In this document: in pieces, positions 8,450-18,048 of the stretch
Layout of the letters: each line of letters opens with the position of its first letter
Numbering within the stretch: position 1 is the first letter of the stretch
DNA from: Candidatus Electrothrix sp. GW3-4
GTDB taxonomy: Bacteria > Desulfobacterota > Desulfobulbia > Desulfobulbales > Desulfobulbaceae
Direction: 5' to 3'
DNA length: 32,000 bases
Assembly (NCBI RefSeq): GCF_037902255.1
Contig: NZ_CP147990.1
Location: forward strand, 180,001 to 212,000
Made by a program: the position numbers and the translations under genes
The notes under the pieces: model-generated
The model's input: the letters and a program-made list of their open reading frames with translations, nothing else
Database searches by the model: none
What the model was told of the DNA's origin: nothing

Positions 8450-11400
8450 TTGCACCTCTTCCAATCCAACCGACTGGAACACCTTTTTGACGCCCTCTGT
8501 GCAACCCTTGTCGAGCCGCTCAGTAATCCCCTGGCTCCAGAGATCATTGTGGTCCAGAATCCGGGCATGGCCCGCTGGCTCTCCCAGCAGATCGCCCTGC
8601 GCACCGGGATATGCGCCAACCTTGCCTTTCCCCTGCCAGCCTCTTTTATCTGGCAGATCTTTGAGCAGACCCTGGGGCGCCTGCCTGACCTCGTCCTTTT
8701 TGATCGGCAGGTGCTCCTCTGGCGGGTGCAGGCGGAGCTGGATGCCCTGCTGGCCGAGCCAGGCATGGAGGAGATCAATGGCTATCTTGCTGAGGATGCT
8801 GACGGGAGAAAGGGCTTTCAGCTGGCAGAAAAGATCAGCGATCTCTTTGATCAGTATCAGGTCTACCGACCAGCGATGCTCCTCCATTGGGAGCAAGGCG
8901 GGGAAGGGCATTGGCAGGCCCGGCTCTGGCGGCGCCTGACCGCAGAGAACAGGCAACATCGGGCCGCTCTGTTGCAACGCTTTATCCAGGCCGCCGAATC
9001 AGGCGAATTGCGGAGCGATGGTCTGCCGCAACGGGTCTCGGTCTTTGGTATCAACTCCCTGGCCCCGGCCTATCTGGAGGTGATTGAGCGGATGAATGCC
9101 TTGGTGGATATCCGCATCTTTCACCTCAGTCCCTGCCAACAGGCCTGGGACGATATCCTGTCCGAGCGCCTGCTGGCCCTGAAGCGGCAGAGCTGGCGGG
9201 AGCAGGGGATTGATGATCTCTCTGCCTATTTCACGGCGGGCAATCCGCTGCTGGCCTCTATGGGCACGGTGGGTCAGGAGTTCTTTTCCCTGCTCATGAC
9301 CACGAACCCGCAGGAGGTTCCGCTCTATGAGGAACCGGCAGGCAGCTCACTCCTTGCTCAGATCCAGGGCGATATCCTTCATCTGCAGGATCGGGGCGGG
9401 CAGGGTAAAGAGATGTTGTCCCCGGATGACACCTCAATCCGTTTTCATCGTTGCCATAGCCCCCTGCGCGAGGTCCAGGTCCTCCATGACCGTCTGCTGG
9501 ACCTCTTCGTGGCTGATCCGGGCCTGAAACCGGCCGATATCCTGGTCATGGCCCCGGATATGACCGCCTATGCCCCGGCCGTGGCCGGGGTCTTTGGTTC
9601 TGCCCCGCCTGCCCGTTGTATCCCCTGGTCCATTGCCGATCAGGCCTCGCGCCTGGAGCAACCGATCATTGAGGGATTTCTCCAGCTCCTGGACCTGCAA
9701 ACAAGCCGTTTTACGGCCCCGGAGGTCATGGCCCTGCTGGAAAATCAGGCCATCCTCCACCGCTTCGGCCTGGCTGCCGAGGACCTTGTCTTTATGCGCT
9801 CGGCTCTCCTGGAGGCTGGTGTTCGCTGGGGCCTGGATCAGGAGCAGCGCTGCGAGCAGGGACTTGCTGCGGTACAGCAGCATAGCTGGGATTTTGGCCT
9901 GGAGCGCCTCCTGCTGGGCTATCTCACGGGTCCCCTTGCAGAGCCCTGGCAGGGCATTATGCCCTGTGCTGGTACGGTCAGCACCCTGGGGCCCTGGCTC
10001 GGTGGCCTGACTGGCTTTATTCGGGCCTTGCAGGAGCTGCGGCGCAAGATGAAGAGGAGGCATCTGCCGGAGCAGTGGGCGGAGCTGCTGCTCAGTATGC
10101 TTGATGATTTCCTTGCCAGAGACGGGGAAGAGCGTAATCAGGACGGCCTGCTCATCCTGCGGCGAACCATTGCCGATTTTGGCGAGCATTGCCGGTTGGC
10201 CGGATTTGAGCAGCAACTCAGCCTGGCGATCATCCGCCATTGGTTCGAGGCGCGACTCGCTGAACCGGCAGGGGGGCAGGCTTTTCTGGCCGGGCGGGTG
10301 ACCTTCTGCAATATGGTGCCCATGCGTTCGCTTCCCTTCAAGGTGATCTGGTTGCTGGGCATGAATGACCTGGATTATCCCCGTAACCAACGAAGCCCGG
10401 CCTTTGATCTGATGGCCCAGCGTCCCCGCCTGGGGGATCGGAGCCGCCGCGATGATGACAGGTATCTCTTTCTCGAGGCCCTGCTCTCGGCCCGAAGCCA
10501 GCTGGCCATCTCCTGGGTTGGCCGTGATCAGCAGGATAACTCCTCCTTACCGCCCTCGGTGGTGGTGGCGGAGCTGCGCGATTATATCAACCGGGGCTGG
10601 GCAGCCAGCAAGGAAGGGGAAGGCGAGCAAGCGGCTGCAAAGCTGCTCACCGTGGAGCATCCCCTCCAACCCTTTAGCAGGCATTGTTTTGCCGGGGACC
10701 CCAAGACGGCTTCCTATGCCTCAGAATGGCTGCCCCGGCCGCTCTCTTCTTCAGCCCGCGTCCTTACCTTTGTACAAACACCCTTAGCGCCGCCTGAGCC
10801 CTGTCAGCAGGTGGAGCTCAGTCGTCTGGTCCGTTTCTGGAACCATCCGGTCCGTTTCTTTCTCGAACAGCGCCTGGGGTTGCGCAGTCATTATGAAGCA
10901 GAGGTGCTGCCGGAAAGCGAGGCCTTTTTTCTCGATCATCTCCAGCGCTATCTGCTCAGTCGGGAGATTATGATCACTCAGCATCTTGAGGAAAGAAGGG
11001 GAGAAGAGAAGGGGGGGAATCAGCAGGCGGCTCCTCTCTATCGGATGCAGGCAGCAGGTCACCTGCCCGGTGGACGCTTTGGCCATATCCTCTATCGGGA
11101 GATGGAGCAGAACACGGCCATCCTTGTTGATACCCTGGAACCCCTGCTCCTGGAGCGGGCCGAACCAGAGGAGGTGCAGTTGATGGTGGGCGATATCCTC
11201 CTGACCGGCCAGCTCTCTTCCCTGTATCGCAGCGGCAGGGTCACCTTTCGCCCGGCCAACCTCAAGGCCGGAGATGTCCTGCAATTATGGATCCAGCACC
11301 TGGTCCTCCTGCTCCAGTCGCCGACAGCAGTACAACCGGTCTCCGTGCATGCGGGGCTGGACAGCATGGTCTCTTTCCGGGAGGTGGAGCGACCAGAGGA

Positions 11401-11680
11401 GGAACTGGCCCTGCTGGTCCGGTTTTTTCAGCAAGGGGAGGACGAGCCGCTTCATTTTTATCCTAAGACCAGCTATGCCTGGGCCAAGGCCCGCTCAGAG
11501 GCGGCTGCCTGGAATGCCGCCCGCAGGACCTGGTACTCGGGTTTTTATAGGGGGGAGGAGGCGGATCCTGCTTACGAGCTTGCCCTGCGGGCCCAAGAGC
11601 CCCTGGACCACCGTTTTGCCGCGCTGGCCGAGCTGTTTCGACCGGTGCTTGCCTGCCTGAAAAAGGGTCTTGGGGATTGA
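8450..11680 (+). CDS. recC: Exodeoxyribonuclease V gamma subunit RecC
   Basis: 1076 aa with a TTG start and AGGAG 6 nt upstream. The N-terminus MHLFQSNRLEHLFDAL...IIVVQNPGMARWLSQQIA...ANLAFPLPASFIWQIF parallels E. coli RecC (YHSNRLDVL...ILVQSTGMAQWL...FPLPASFIW). Confidence 0.9.
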   Translation: MHLFQSNRLEHLFDALCATLVEPLSNPLAPEIIVVQNPGMARWLSQQIALRTGICANLAFPLPASFIWQIFEQTLGRLPDLVLFDRQVLLWRVQAELDALLAEPGMEEINGYLAEDADGRKGFQLAEKISDLFDQYQVYRPAMLLHWEQGGEGHWQARLWRRLTAENRQHRAALLQRFIQAAESGELRSDGLPQRVSVFGINSLAPAYLEVIERMNALVDIRIFHLSPCQQAWDDILSERLLALKRQSWREQGIDDLSAYFTAGNPLLASMGTVGQEFFSLLMTTNPQEVPLYEEPAGSSLLAQIQGDILHLQDRGGQGKEMLSPDDTSIRFHRCHSPLREVQVLHDRLLDLFVADPGLKPADILVMAPDMTAYAPAVAGVFGSAPPARCIPWSIADQASRLEQPIIEGFLQLLDLQTSRFTAPEVMALLENQAILHRFGLAAEDLVFMRSALLEAGVRWGLDQEQRCEQGLAAVQQHSWDFGLERLLLGYLTGPLAEPWQGIMPCAGTVSTLGPWLGGLTGFIRALQELRRKMKRRHLPEQWAELLLSMLDDFLARDGEERNQDGLLILRRTIADFGEHCRLAGFEQQLSLAIIRHWFEARLAEPAGGQAFLAGRVTFCNMVPMRSLPFKVIWLLGMNDLDYPRNQRSPAFDLMAQRPRLGDRSRRDDDRYLFLEALLSARSQLAISWVGRDQQDNSSLPPSVVVAELRDYINRGWAASKEGEGEQAAAKLLTVEHPLQPFSRHCFAGDPKTASYASEWLPRPLSSSARVLTFVQTPLAPPEPCQQVELSRLVRFWNHPVRFFLEQRLGLRSHYEAEVLPESEAFFLDHLQRYLLSREIMITQHLEERRGEEKGGNQQAAPLYRMQAAGHLPGGRFGHILYREMEQNTAILVDTLEPLLLERAEPEEVQLMVGDILLTGQLSSLYRSGRVTFRPANLKAGDVLQLWIQHLVLLLQSPTAVQPVSVHAGLDSMVSFREVERPEEELALLVRFFQQGEDEPLHFYPKTSYAWAKARSEAAAWNAARRTWYSGFYRGEEADPAYELALRAQEPLDHRFAALAELFRPVLACLKKGLGD

Positions 11681-11833
11681 TTTGCTCACTGCCCAAGAAA
11701 TACCCCTTGCCTGCTCAGGAATGCATTTGATATCATAGCCTCTATTAACGACTTGAATCTTGCTTCCTGCCCCTCTCTACAAAGAGGGCTGGGGCTGTGT
11801 TTCCAGATTATATTTTTTCAGGAGTTCTGTTTT

Positions 11834-12859
11834 ATGCGTAGCCCAAATATCTCTGCTGTCATCCTTGCTGCCGGTAAAGGCACCCGTATGAAATCCGATC
11901 AGGCCAAGGTCCTGCATGAGCTTTTTTTTAAGCCCATGCTTCATCATGTGCTGGATGCGGTGACAGAAACGGATATAGGGGAGCTGGCAGTGATTGTCGG
12001 GCATCAACGGGAGCGGGTCCTGACCTCCTTGCAGGAGGCCCCGACTCCATACCCGTTCACGCCAGTGGTGCAGGAAGAGCAGTTAGGCACCGGGCATGCG
12101 GTGCTCTGTGCAGAAGCGGCCTGCGCTGCTGCTGATTTGGTGATGATCCTCTGTGGGGATACCCCGTTGATCCGCCCAGAGACCCTCCAGGCGATGATTG
12201 ATCGACATAAGGAAAGCAAAGCTGTGCTCACCCTGATGACCACGGTCCTGGATGAGCCTTTTGGTTATGGCCGAATCCTCACCGATGCAGAGGGTGGAGT
12301 TGTTGCCATTGTGGAGCAAAAAGATGCAAGTGCAGAGCAACGGGCTCTCCGGGAGGTGAATGCGGGCATCTATCTTGTTGATGCGAAGTTCCTTTTTTTT
12401 GCCTTGCAGCAGGTGGGCACGGAGAACAGTCAGGGTGAGGTCTATTTGACCGACATCGTCTCCATTGCAAGGCAGCAAGACCATCGGGTGGAGCGATTTA
12501 TCCATACCCCGGCCATTGATGTGCTGGGGGTGAATTCCCGGGTTGAGCTGGCCCAGGCCCATCACGAGCTGCAAATGCGCCACAACCGAGAGCTCATGCT
12601 CAGCGGGGTGACCCTGTACGGGCCGGAAACGATCCTTATTGCCCCGGATTGCCGGATCGGTCAGGATGCTGTTGTTCATGCTGGTGTGCAGATCACCGGT
12701 GCTGCACAAATCGGCAGAGGGGTACAGCTTGCTTCAGGAGTCGTCCTGCATAACTGTCAGGTCGGCGATAAGGCTGTGGTCGGTGCGAACAGTGTTTTGA
12801 AAAATTACACGGTGAAAGAGGGAGAGCAAATTCCCCCGTTGACCTCACGTCTTTCATAA
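11834..12859 (+). CDS. GlmU-like N-acetylglucosamine-1-phosphate uridylyltransferase with a truncated left-handed beta-helix (341 aa)
   Basis: The track ORF is 11753..12859. I prefer ATG 11834, which has AGGAG about 10 nt upstream. Motifs: AVILAAGKGTRMKSDQAKVLH, QLGTGHAV, ILCGDTPLI, NAGIYL. Only about 100 aa of hexapeptide repeats follow, and the gene ends before the GlmU acetyltransferase core. Confidence 0.75.
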   Translation: MRSPNISAVILAAGKGTRMKSDQAKVLHELFFKPMLHHVLDAVTETDIGELAVIVGHQRERVLTSLQEAPTPYPFTPVVQEEQLGTGHAVLCAEAACAAADLVMILCGDTPLIRPETLQAMIDRHKESKAVLTLMTTVLDEPFGYGRILTDAEGGVVAIVEQKDASAEQRALREVNAGIYLVDAKFLFFALQQVGTENSQGEVYLTDIVSIARQQDHRVERFIHTPAIDVLGVNSRVELAQAHHELQMRHNRELMLSGVTLYGPETILIAPDCRIGQDAVVHAGVQITGAAQIGRGVQLASGVVLHNCQVGDKAVVGANSVLKNYTVKEGEQIPPLTSRLS

Positions 12860-12946
12860 GAACTTCCATTCCGGCCCAGCGGGCCGGGACAACAAAACAT
12901 AAAAGGCGGGAAGCCTGGCGGGCTGCGCCTATCACTTTTATAAAAA
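12860..12946 (+). repeat. Copy A of a dispersed hairpin + ACAACAAA intergenic element
   Basis: It begins right after the TAA stop at 12857-12859. Sequence: TTCCGGCCC-AGC-GGGCCGGGA hairpin, then CAACAAAACAT, a second imperfect GC hairpin, then TTTTATAAAAAA. It aligns with copies at 23696, 23768-23872 (minus) and 28055. Confidence 0.7.
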
Positions 12947-13061
12947 ACAGAATGCCTCAAGGGAAGTTTTATAACCTGTCATTAAATGTTTACTTTGCTG
13001 GTGTAAGAGGTTATATCTTTCTCTTCTGAAAGATAAATTTTGTTATCCTGCCGATGAGCAA

Positions 13062-16034
13062 ATGAAAGCCGCCCCAGAAAGAGTGAGGAGTTATCTCACA
13101 CCGGCCTGCCTTGTTCCCCTTACAGTTCTTCTTGGGCTTTCTTGGGCCGATTTGTACAGTCACCTCCTGTTTCATGCCCTGGCAGAATTGGTCAGTATCA
13201 TCCTGATCAGCAGTATCTTTCTTTTTTCCTGGACAACCCGCCGCTTTCAAAAAAGTCATTATGTTCTCTTTCTCGGTATAGCCTATCTTTGTATTGGATC
13301 CATAGATTTTGTTCATACCCTGACCTCTAAGGGCGGGGCCGAGATCCTTGCAGGGGTCACGATGAACTCCTCTGTTCAGCTCTGGATAGCGGCTCGTTAT
13401 ATGGAGAGCATCTCTTTATTGTTTGCCTTTTTTTTTCTTCAGAAAAAGATCAACGAATACCTCCTGTTTTTTGTCTATGGACTCCTTCTTTTTTTGCTGT
13501 TTCAGGCTATTTTTTCGCAGACCTTTCCCGCATGTTATGTCAACGGAGAAGGACTCACTGCCTTTAAGAAGAACAGCGAGTATCTTATTTGTTTTTTCTT
13601 TCTCCTGTCATTTTTTATTTTTCAGAAACGGCAACGAGCATTTGAGAGCAGGGTCCTGTCTCTGTTGCAGGCCGCTGTCCTGTTGGCTCTCTTGACAGAA
13701 TTAACAACGGTTTTTTCTCCCGAGCTCATCATTACCCCTCTGAAGACGAACGCTGGGGTTCTGGGGAAAATTTTCTCCTTATACTGTCTTGCCAAAGCAG
13801 TGTTCGAAGAAAGTTTGATCAAGCCCTATAATATCCTGTCTAAGAAGGTGAGGGGGCATGAGGGGCAACTGGAAGATAAGGTGCGGGAGAGAACAGCAGC
13901 TCTTCAGCAAAGTACGGAGCAGCTCGAAAAAGAGATTGGAGAACGGGTTAAAGCGGAAAAAGAACTGTTATGGGAGCTGGCTGTGAACAAAGAATTAGCC
14001 AAGGTCTCTGACGCCTTAATCTCCCAGGCCTTTTCTATGCAGGAGATTGCAGATCTGGTGCTTCGTGCTGCCCAGAGGCTGACTGGTTGCCAGGATGGTT
14101 TTGTGAGCACGGTTGATCTGATGAGCGGGGCAGTGCTTGCTTATCCTGGAAAAGAATTTTTGGTACAGGAGGAAAAGCAGGAGTACCCCATGCTTTTGTT
14201 TTCTGCCAGGGAGAACGGGGAATATCCTGGTTTATGGGGGCAGGCCCTGAATACACAGCAGGGGGGCTCCACAGACTTTATCTCCCCTCATGAGGACGCT
14301 ACGCTCCCGTCAGGGCTTCATCCCCGGAGAAATGCTCTGAATGTCCCGGCCTTGATTGACAAGAAGGCCGTGGGGCAAATTGTCCTTGTCGATAAACCGG
14401 AAAGTTTCACCCGCCATGATCTCTTCGCTGTCGAGCGTCTTGCTGCCCTCTTTGCCCTGTCTATTCAACGAAAGGAGATGGAAGATGCCCTGAGCAGGAG
14501 TGAGTTTGAATACCGGAGCCTTTTTAATGATGCACTGGATATGATCCACATTGTGGATGAGCAAAAAAGGATCACCAGCGTCAACCCGGTGGAAGTCAAG
14601 ACATTGGGATACAGCGAAGATGAGCTGATCGGGATGCCCTTGATTAATCTTATTGATCCGATCTATAAAGGGAAAACAGCTGAGGCCCTAGAAGAGATAT
14701 TTACCACGGGGAAATGTATAAAAAATTATGAAACAGTCTTGCTCAGCAAAGACAAAAAGCAAATCGATGTTGAAGTGAGTGCGGTTCCGCAGCTTGACCA
14801 GGGCCAGGTTGTCTCTGCCCGGGCGATTATGCGTAATATCACGGATCGGAAGCGAGAGGAGCGTGAGAAGAAAAAACTGGAAAATCAGCTTCGTCATTCC
14901 CAGAAAATGGAAGCTGTTGGTACCCTTGCCGGGGGGATCGCTCATGATTTTAATAATATTCTTGGGCCGATTTTCGGCTATACAGAGCTGGCCCTGGATG
15001 TGTTGCCCGAAGACGATAGAGTTACTCTTTGGCTGAAAGAGGTGCTGCGGGCCAGTCACCGGGCCAGAGAGCTGGTTCGCCAGATCCTGACCATCAGCCG
15101 GAGGGCAGATCAGGATGTACAGCCGTTACGAATCCAGCTTCTGATCAAAGAGGCGCTAAAACTTCTGCGCTTTTCCGTTCCGAGCAATATTGAGATTCGC
15201 CAGGATCTTGGACCTGATTGCGAGGCGGTGCTGGCTGATCCGACCCGTATTCATCAGGTTATCATGAACCTGTGTACCAATGCCTATCATGCCATGCGGC
15301 AGACCGGTGGTGTGCTTGAGGTCTCTTTACAACAGGTCATCCTTGCCCAAGAGGATGTAGCCAATAAGATGCCTCTGCAACCGGGGTCGTGTTTGCAATT
15401 AACCGTGCAGGATACCGGTTCCGGAATCCCGAAAGAGCTTATGGAGAAGATCTTTGAGCCCTATTTCACGACCAAGGCACAGGGGGAAGGGACAGGGCTG
15501 GGGCTTGCTGTTGTTCAAAGCATTGTTATGGATTTTGGCGGGGCTATCACCGTGTCCAGTGAGCCCGGCAAGGGGACCACATTCCAGGTCTACCTGCCAG
15601 TTCTTCCGACAGGGGAAGAGAAGGTGCGGCCAGAGGAGAGTGCCCCGTTACCGAGAGGGACAGAGCGGATTCTTATTGTTGATGATGATCAGGAGTTGGT
15701 GCTCATGAATCAAAGGCTTCTGGAAACGCTTGGCTATCAGGCGATGGCCTATGCAGACAGTTTTGAAGCCCTTGCTGCTTTTCAGCAACAGCCCGATAGG
15801 GTTGACCTTGTTCTGACAGATATGACCATGCCCAAGATGACCGGTGATGAGCTGACCCAAAGGCTTCTTGCGCTTCGCCCTGATCTCCCTGTGATTATCT
15901 GTACCGGTTTTAGTGAGTTGATAGATGAAGACAAGGCACAGGAACTCGGGGCCCGTGCCTTGATGATGAAGCCGCTGACAAAGAAGGAGCTGGCCTGCGC
16001 GGTTCGGCAGGTGCTTGACCTGGGAGGACTTTAA
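13062..16034 (+). CDS. Hybrid sensor histidine kinase: MASE3-like membrane domain, coiled coil, GAF-like, PAS, HisKA, HATPase_c, receiver
   Basis: 990 aa. The N-terminal multi-TM region LFHALAELVSIILISSIFLFSWTTRRF...FLGIAYLCIGSIDFVHTLTSKG...QLWIAARYMESISLLF is MASE3-like. The PAS region is YRSLFNDALDMIHIVDEQKRITSVNP. The H-box is GGIAHDFNNIL and the G-boxes are DTGSGIP...GTGLGLAVV. The receiver is ILIVDDD...LVLTDMTMPKMTG...KP. Confidence 0.85.
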   Translation: MKAAPERVRSYLTPACLVPLTVLLGLSWADLYSHLLFHALAELVSIILISSIFLFSWTTRRFQKSHYVLFLGIAYLCIGSIDFVHTLTSKGGAEILAGVTMNSSVQLWIAARYMESISLLFAFFFLQKKINEYLLFFVYGLLLFLLFQAIFSQTFPACYVNGEGLTAFKKNSEYLICFFFLLSFFIFQKRQRAFESRVLSLLQAAVLLALLTELTTVFSPELIITPLKTNAGVLGKIFSLYCLAKAVFEESLIKPYNILSKKVRGHEGQLEDKVRERTAALQQSTEQLEKEIGERVKAEKELLWELAVNKELAKVSDALISQAFSMQEIADLVLRAAQRLTGCQDGFVSTVDLMSGAVLAYPGKEFLVQEEKQEYPMLLFSARENGEYPGLWGQALNTQQGGSTDFISPHEDATLPSGLHPRRNALNVPALIDKKAVGQIVLVDKPESFTRHDLFAVERLAALFALSIQRKEMEDALSRSEFEYRSLFNDALDMIHIVDEQKRITSVNPVEVKTLGYSEDELIGMPLINLIDPIYKGKTAEALEEIFTTGKCIKNYETVLLSKDKKQIDVEVSAVPQLDQGQVVSARAIMRNITDRKREEREKKKLENQLRHSQKMEAVGTLAGGIAHDFNNILGPIFGYTELALDVLPEDDRVTLWLKEVLRASHRARELVRQILTISRRADQDVQPLRIQLLIKEALKLLRFSVPSNIEIRQDLGPDCEAVLADPTRIHQVIMNLCTNAYHAMRQTGGVLEVSLQQVILAQEDVANKMPLQPGSCLQLTVQDTGSGIPKELMEKIFEPYFTTKAQGEGTGLGLAVVQSIVMDFGGAITVSSEPGKGTTFQVYLPVLPTGEEKVRPEESAPLPRGTERILIVDDDQELVLMNQRLLETLGYQAMAYADSFEALAAFQQQPDRVDLVLTDMTMPKMTGDELTQRLLALRPDLPVIICTGFSELIDEDKAQELGARALMMKPLTKKELACAVRQVLDLGGL

Positions 16035-16065
16035 ATGTTCTTCGCACCTCCTTGCTTATCCTGTT

Positions 16066-17268
16066 TTATTCCTGATCAGTTTGTGGGTGCGTTGTCAGGC
16101 GTAAGATCGTATAGCCGACCAGTCCTGAAACCAAGGAGCCAAGAATAATCCCAAGTCGCTCATCAAAGACCCGTTGCGTGCCGTTTTCGTGAAAGGCCAG
16201 GCCTCCGATAAAGAGGCTCATGGTAAATCCTATACCGCAGAGGATCGACACGCCATAGAAGATTTTCCAATTTATCCCGGTAGGAAGCTGGGCTATTTTT
16301 AATTTTATGGCAAGAAAGCAGAGGCCAAAGACACCGGCCTGTTTGCCAAAGAAGAGGCCAAGGGCAATGCCCAGCGGAACAGGGTGAAGGATTTGTTCTG
16401 CACCGATACCCTGCAGGTGCAGCCCGGAATTAGCAAAGGCAAAAAGAGGGAGGATGATATACGAAACCGTTGGATGTAGGTCATGTTCGAGCTTTTTCAG
16501 TGGGGAGATATCCGGTTTCTCATGGGAGTAGAGGGGAATGAACATGGCCAGAACAACACCCGCAACCACGGCATCCACCCCGGAATTCAAGGTGGCAAGC
16601 CAAAGAAAAAAACCGACCACTAAATACGGCAATTTTTTGGTTGCTCCGATATGGTTGAGACAGGCAAGTATTGCCGTGCAGCCAGCAGCTGCCGCCAAGG
16701 GCAGCACTGCTATATCTTTTGTATAGAAAAGGGCGATGATCAGGACCGCCCCCAGATCATCAAAGATTGCCAGAGAGGTCAGGAATATTTTTATGGAATA
16801 GGGTACCCTGGACCCGAGCAGGGTAAGAACGCCCAGGGCAAAGGCAATATCCGTGGCAGCCGGTATTGCCCAGCCATGTATTGCCAGAGGGTCTCCGTGG
16901 TTGAGGGAGACGTAGATAAGGGCCGGAAGCAGCATGCCGCCCAGCGCGCCGATAATAGGCAGCATGATATTACGCCTGTCTGATAACTCTCCCTCCATGA
17001 CCTCTCGTTTCAGTTCTAAGCCGACGAGGAAAAAGAAAATTGCCATCAACCCCTCATTGATCAAGTGGTGCAACGACAGGTTTATGCCGAGTTCATTCAC
17101 TCCGGGTATCCATGCCAGGGGATGGAGGTGAAGGAGCTTTTCGTAAAGATGCGCAACCCCTGAATTGGCGCAGATAACAGCTACTATCGCTGTCAGCATC
17201 AGCAAGATACCGCCGGAGGCCTCCAGATTAAAGAAGTTTGCAATGAATCTTGATGCCTTTTTTTTCAT
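16066..17268 (-). CDS. nhaA: Na+/H+ antiporter NhaA
   Basis: The track ORF is 16066..17424. I prefer ATG 17268 (MKKKASRFIANFFNLEASGGILLM), preceded by TAAGGAGAA. Conserved NhaA stretches: INEGLMAIFFFLVGLELKRE, WAIPAATDIAFALGVL, LAIFDDLGAVLIIALFY. Confidence 0.85.
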   Translation of the reverse strand: MKKKASRFIANFFNLEASGGILLMLTAIVAVICANSGVAHLYEKLLHLHPLAWIPGVNELGINLSLHHLINEGLMAIFFFLVGLELKREVMEGELSDRRNIMLPIIGALGGMLLPALIYVSLNHGDPLAIHGWAIPAATDIAFALGVLTLLGSRVPYSIKIFLTSLAIFDDLGAVLIIALFYTKDIAVLPLAAAAGCTAILACLNHIGATKKLPYLVVGFFLWLATLNSGVDAVVAGVVLAMFIPLYSHEKPDISPLKKLEHDLHPTVSYIILPLFAFANSGLHLQGIGAEQILHPVPLGIALGLFFGKQAGVFGLCFLAIKLKIAQLPTGINWKIFYGVSILCGIGFTMSLFIGGLAFHENGTQRVFDERLGIILGSLVSGLVGYTILRLTTHPQTDQE

Positions 17269-17433
17269 AATTCTCCTTAAAATATAGCCAGCTATGTCGG
17301 CAATGTTGTCTGAGTTTTTGGTATGTCTTGCGCTATATTTCTCCTGTTTTGGTTCCCTGTCAAGGAGAAACGAAAATAAATACATTTTTGTTAGGTTTTT
17401 CGAGAAGACCTGTACGTTCTGCACAAGAGAGAC

Positions 17434-18048
17434 ATGGGCTCCTGGGTTTCTTTACTCACCGAGAGAATACATACCTGCAACCCGGCTTTTGAAGCCGAAT
17501 TTCAGCACTGGCTGTGGCCGTCTGGCACCTGTTTTTTTGCTGAGCGGCTCTGGTGGGGCAAGCAAAAGCAACGGATTGCCCTGCATGAAGGTGTTGACCT
17601 GGCCTGCTTTATAGATCAGCAGGGGAAACAATGCACCGTTGCTCCGGGGCTGCTCATTCCAGTGATATTTCCGGGTCGGGTCGTGCAGTTGCACCGGGAT
17701 TTTCTCAATTGGTCAATCTTTATCCGCCATGATTCGTTCTGTCGGACCCGTGGGGAGAGGGCTGTCTTGCATACAGTGTATGGGCATGTGCAGCCCAAGG
17801 AGGGGCTTTTCATTGGTCAGCACGTCAGGGCAGGTACCCCGGTGTCCGTGCTGGAGGCCTATCCCCGCAGCACTGTGCCGCTCCATCTTCATTTTACCGT
17901 GGCCTGGATACCCAACGATTTTCCCCCGTCCCAGCTCAACTGGCAGACCTTGAACGAAAATAAACAGATTGTCCTGCTTGATCCCTTAGCAGACTGTGCG
18001 ATGGCAGGGGAGTACACCAGTACACCACCGTTCGGGTTTAGAAATTAA
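17434..18048 (+). CDS. M23/LytM-family peptidase-like protein with no evident signal peptide
   Basis: 204 aa. HxxxD motif (LHEGVDL) and HxH motif (LHLHFTVAW), with VYGHV between them. The N-terminus is not hydrophobic. The 3' end overlaps the convergent GGDEF gene by 11 nt. Confidence 0.65.
   Translation: MGSWVSLLTERIHTCNPAFEAEFQHWLWPSGTCFFAERLWWGKQKQRIALHEGVDLACFIDQQGKQCTVAPGLLIPVIFPGRVVQLHRDFLNWSIFIRHDSFCRTRGERAVLHTVYGHVQPKEGLFIGQHVRAGTPVSVLEAYPRSTVPLHLHFTVAWIPNDFPPSQLNWQTLNENKQIVLLDPLADCAMAGEYTSTPPFGFRN

Noticed and set aside
9434-10390. 318-aa ORF antisense to recC, together with many 60-150 aa ORFs in 8.4-11.7 kb
   Set aside because: They are typical GC-rich antisense or off-frame open frames inside recC and show no family signal.
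11753-11833. N-terminal extension of the GlmU-like ORF
   Set aside because: The extension (MNLASCPSLQRGLGLCF...) has no SD. ATG 11834 has AGGAG upstream and gives the canonical GlmU N-terminus.
12083-12709. 208-aa ORF antisense to the GlmU-like gene
   Set aside because: It is a shadow ORF. The sense strand has the canonical uridylyltransferase motifs.
17269-17424. N-terminal extension of nhaA
   Set aside because: The internal ATG 17268 is preceded by TAAGGAGAA and yields a standard NhaA N-terminus. The extension is AT-rich promoter-like sequence.
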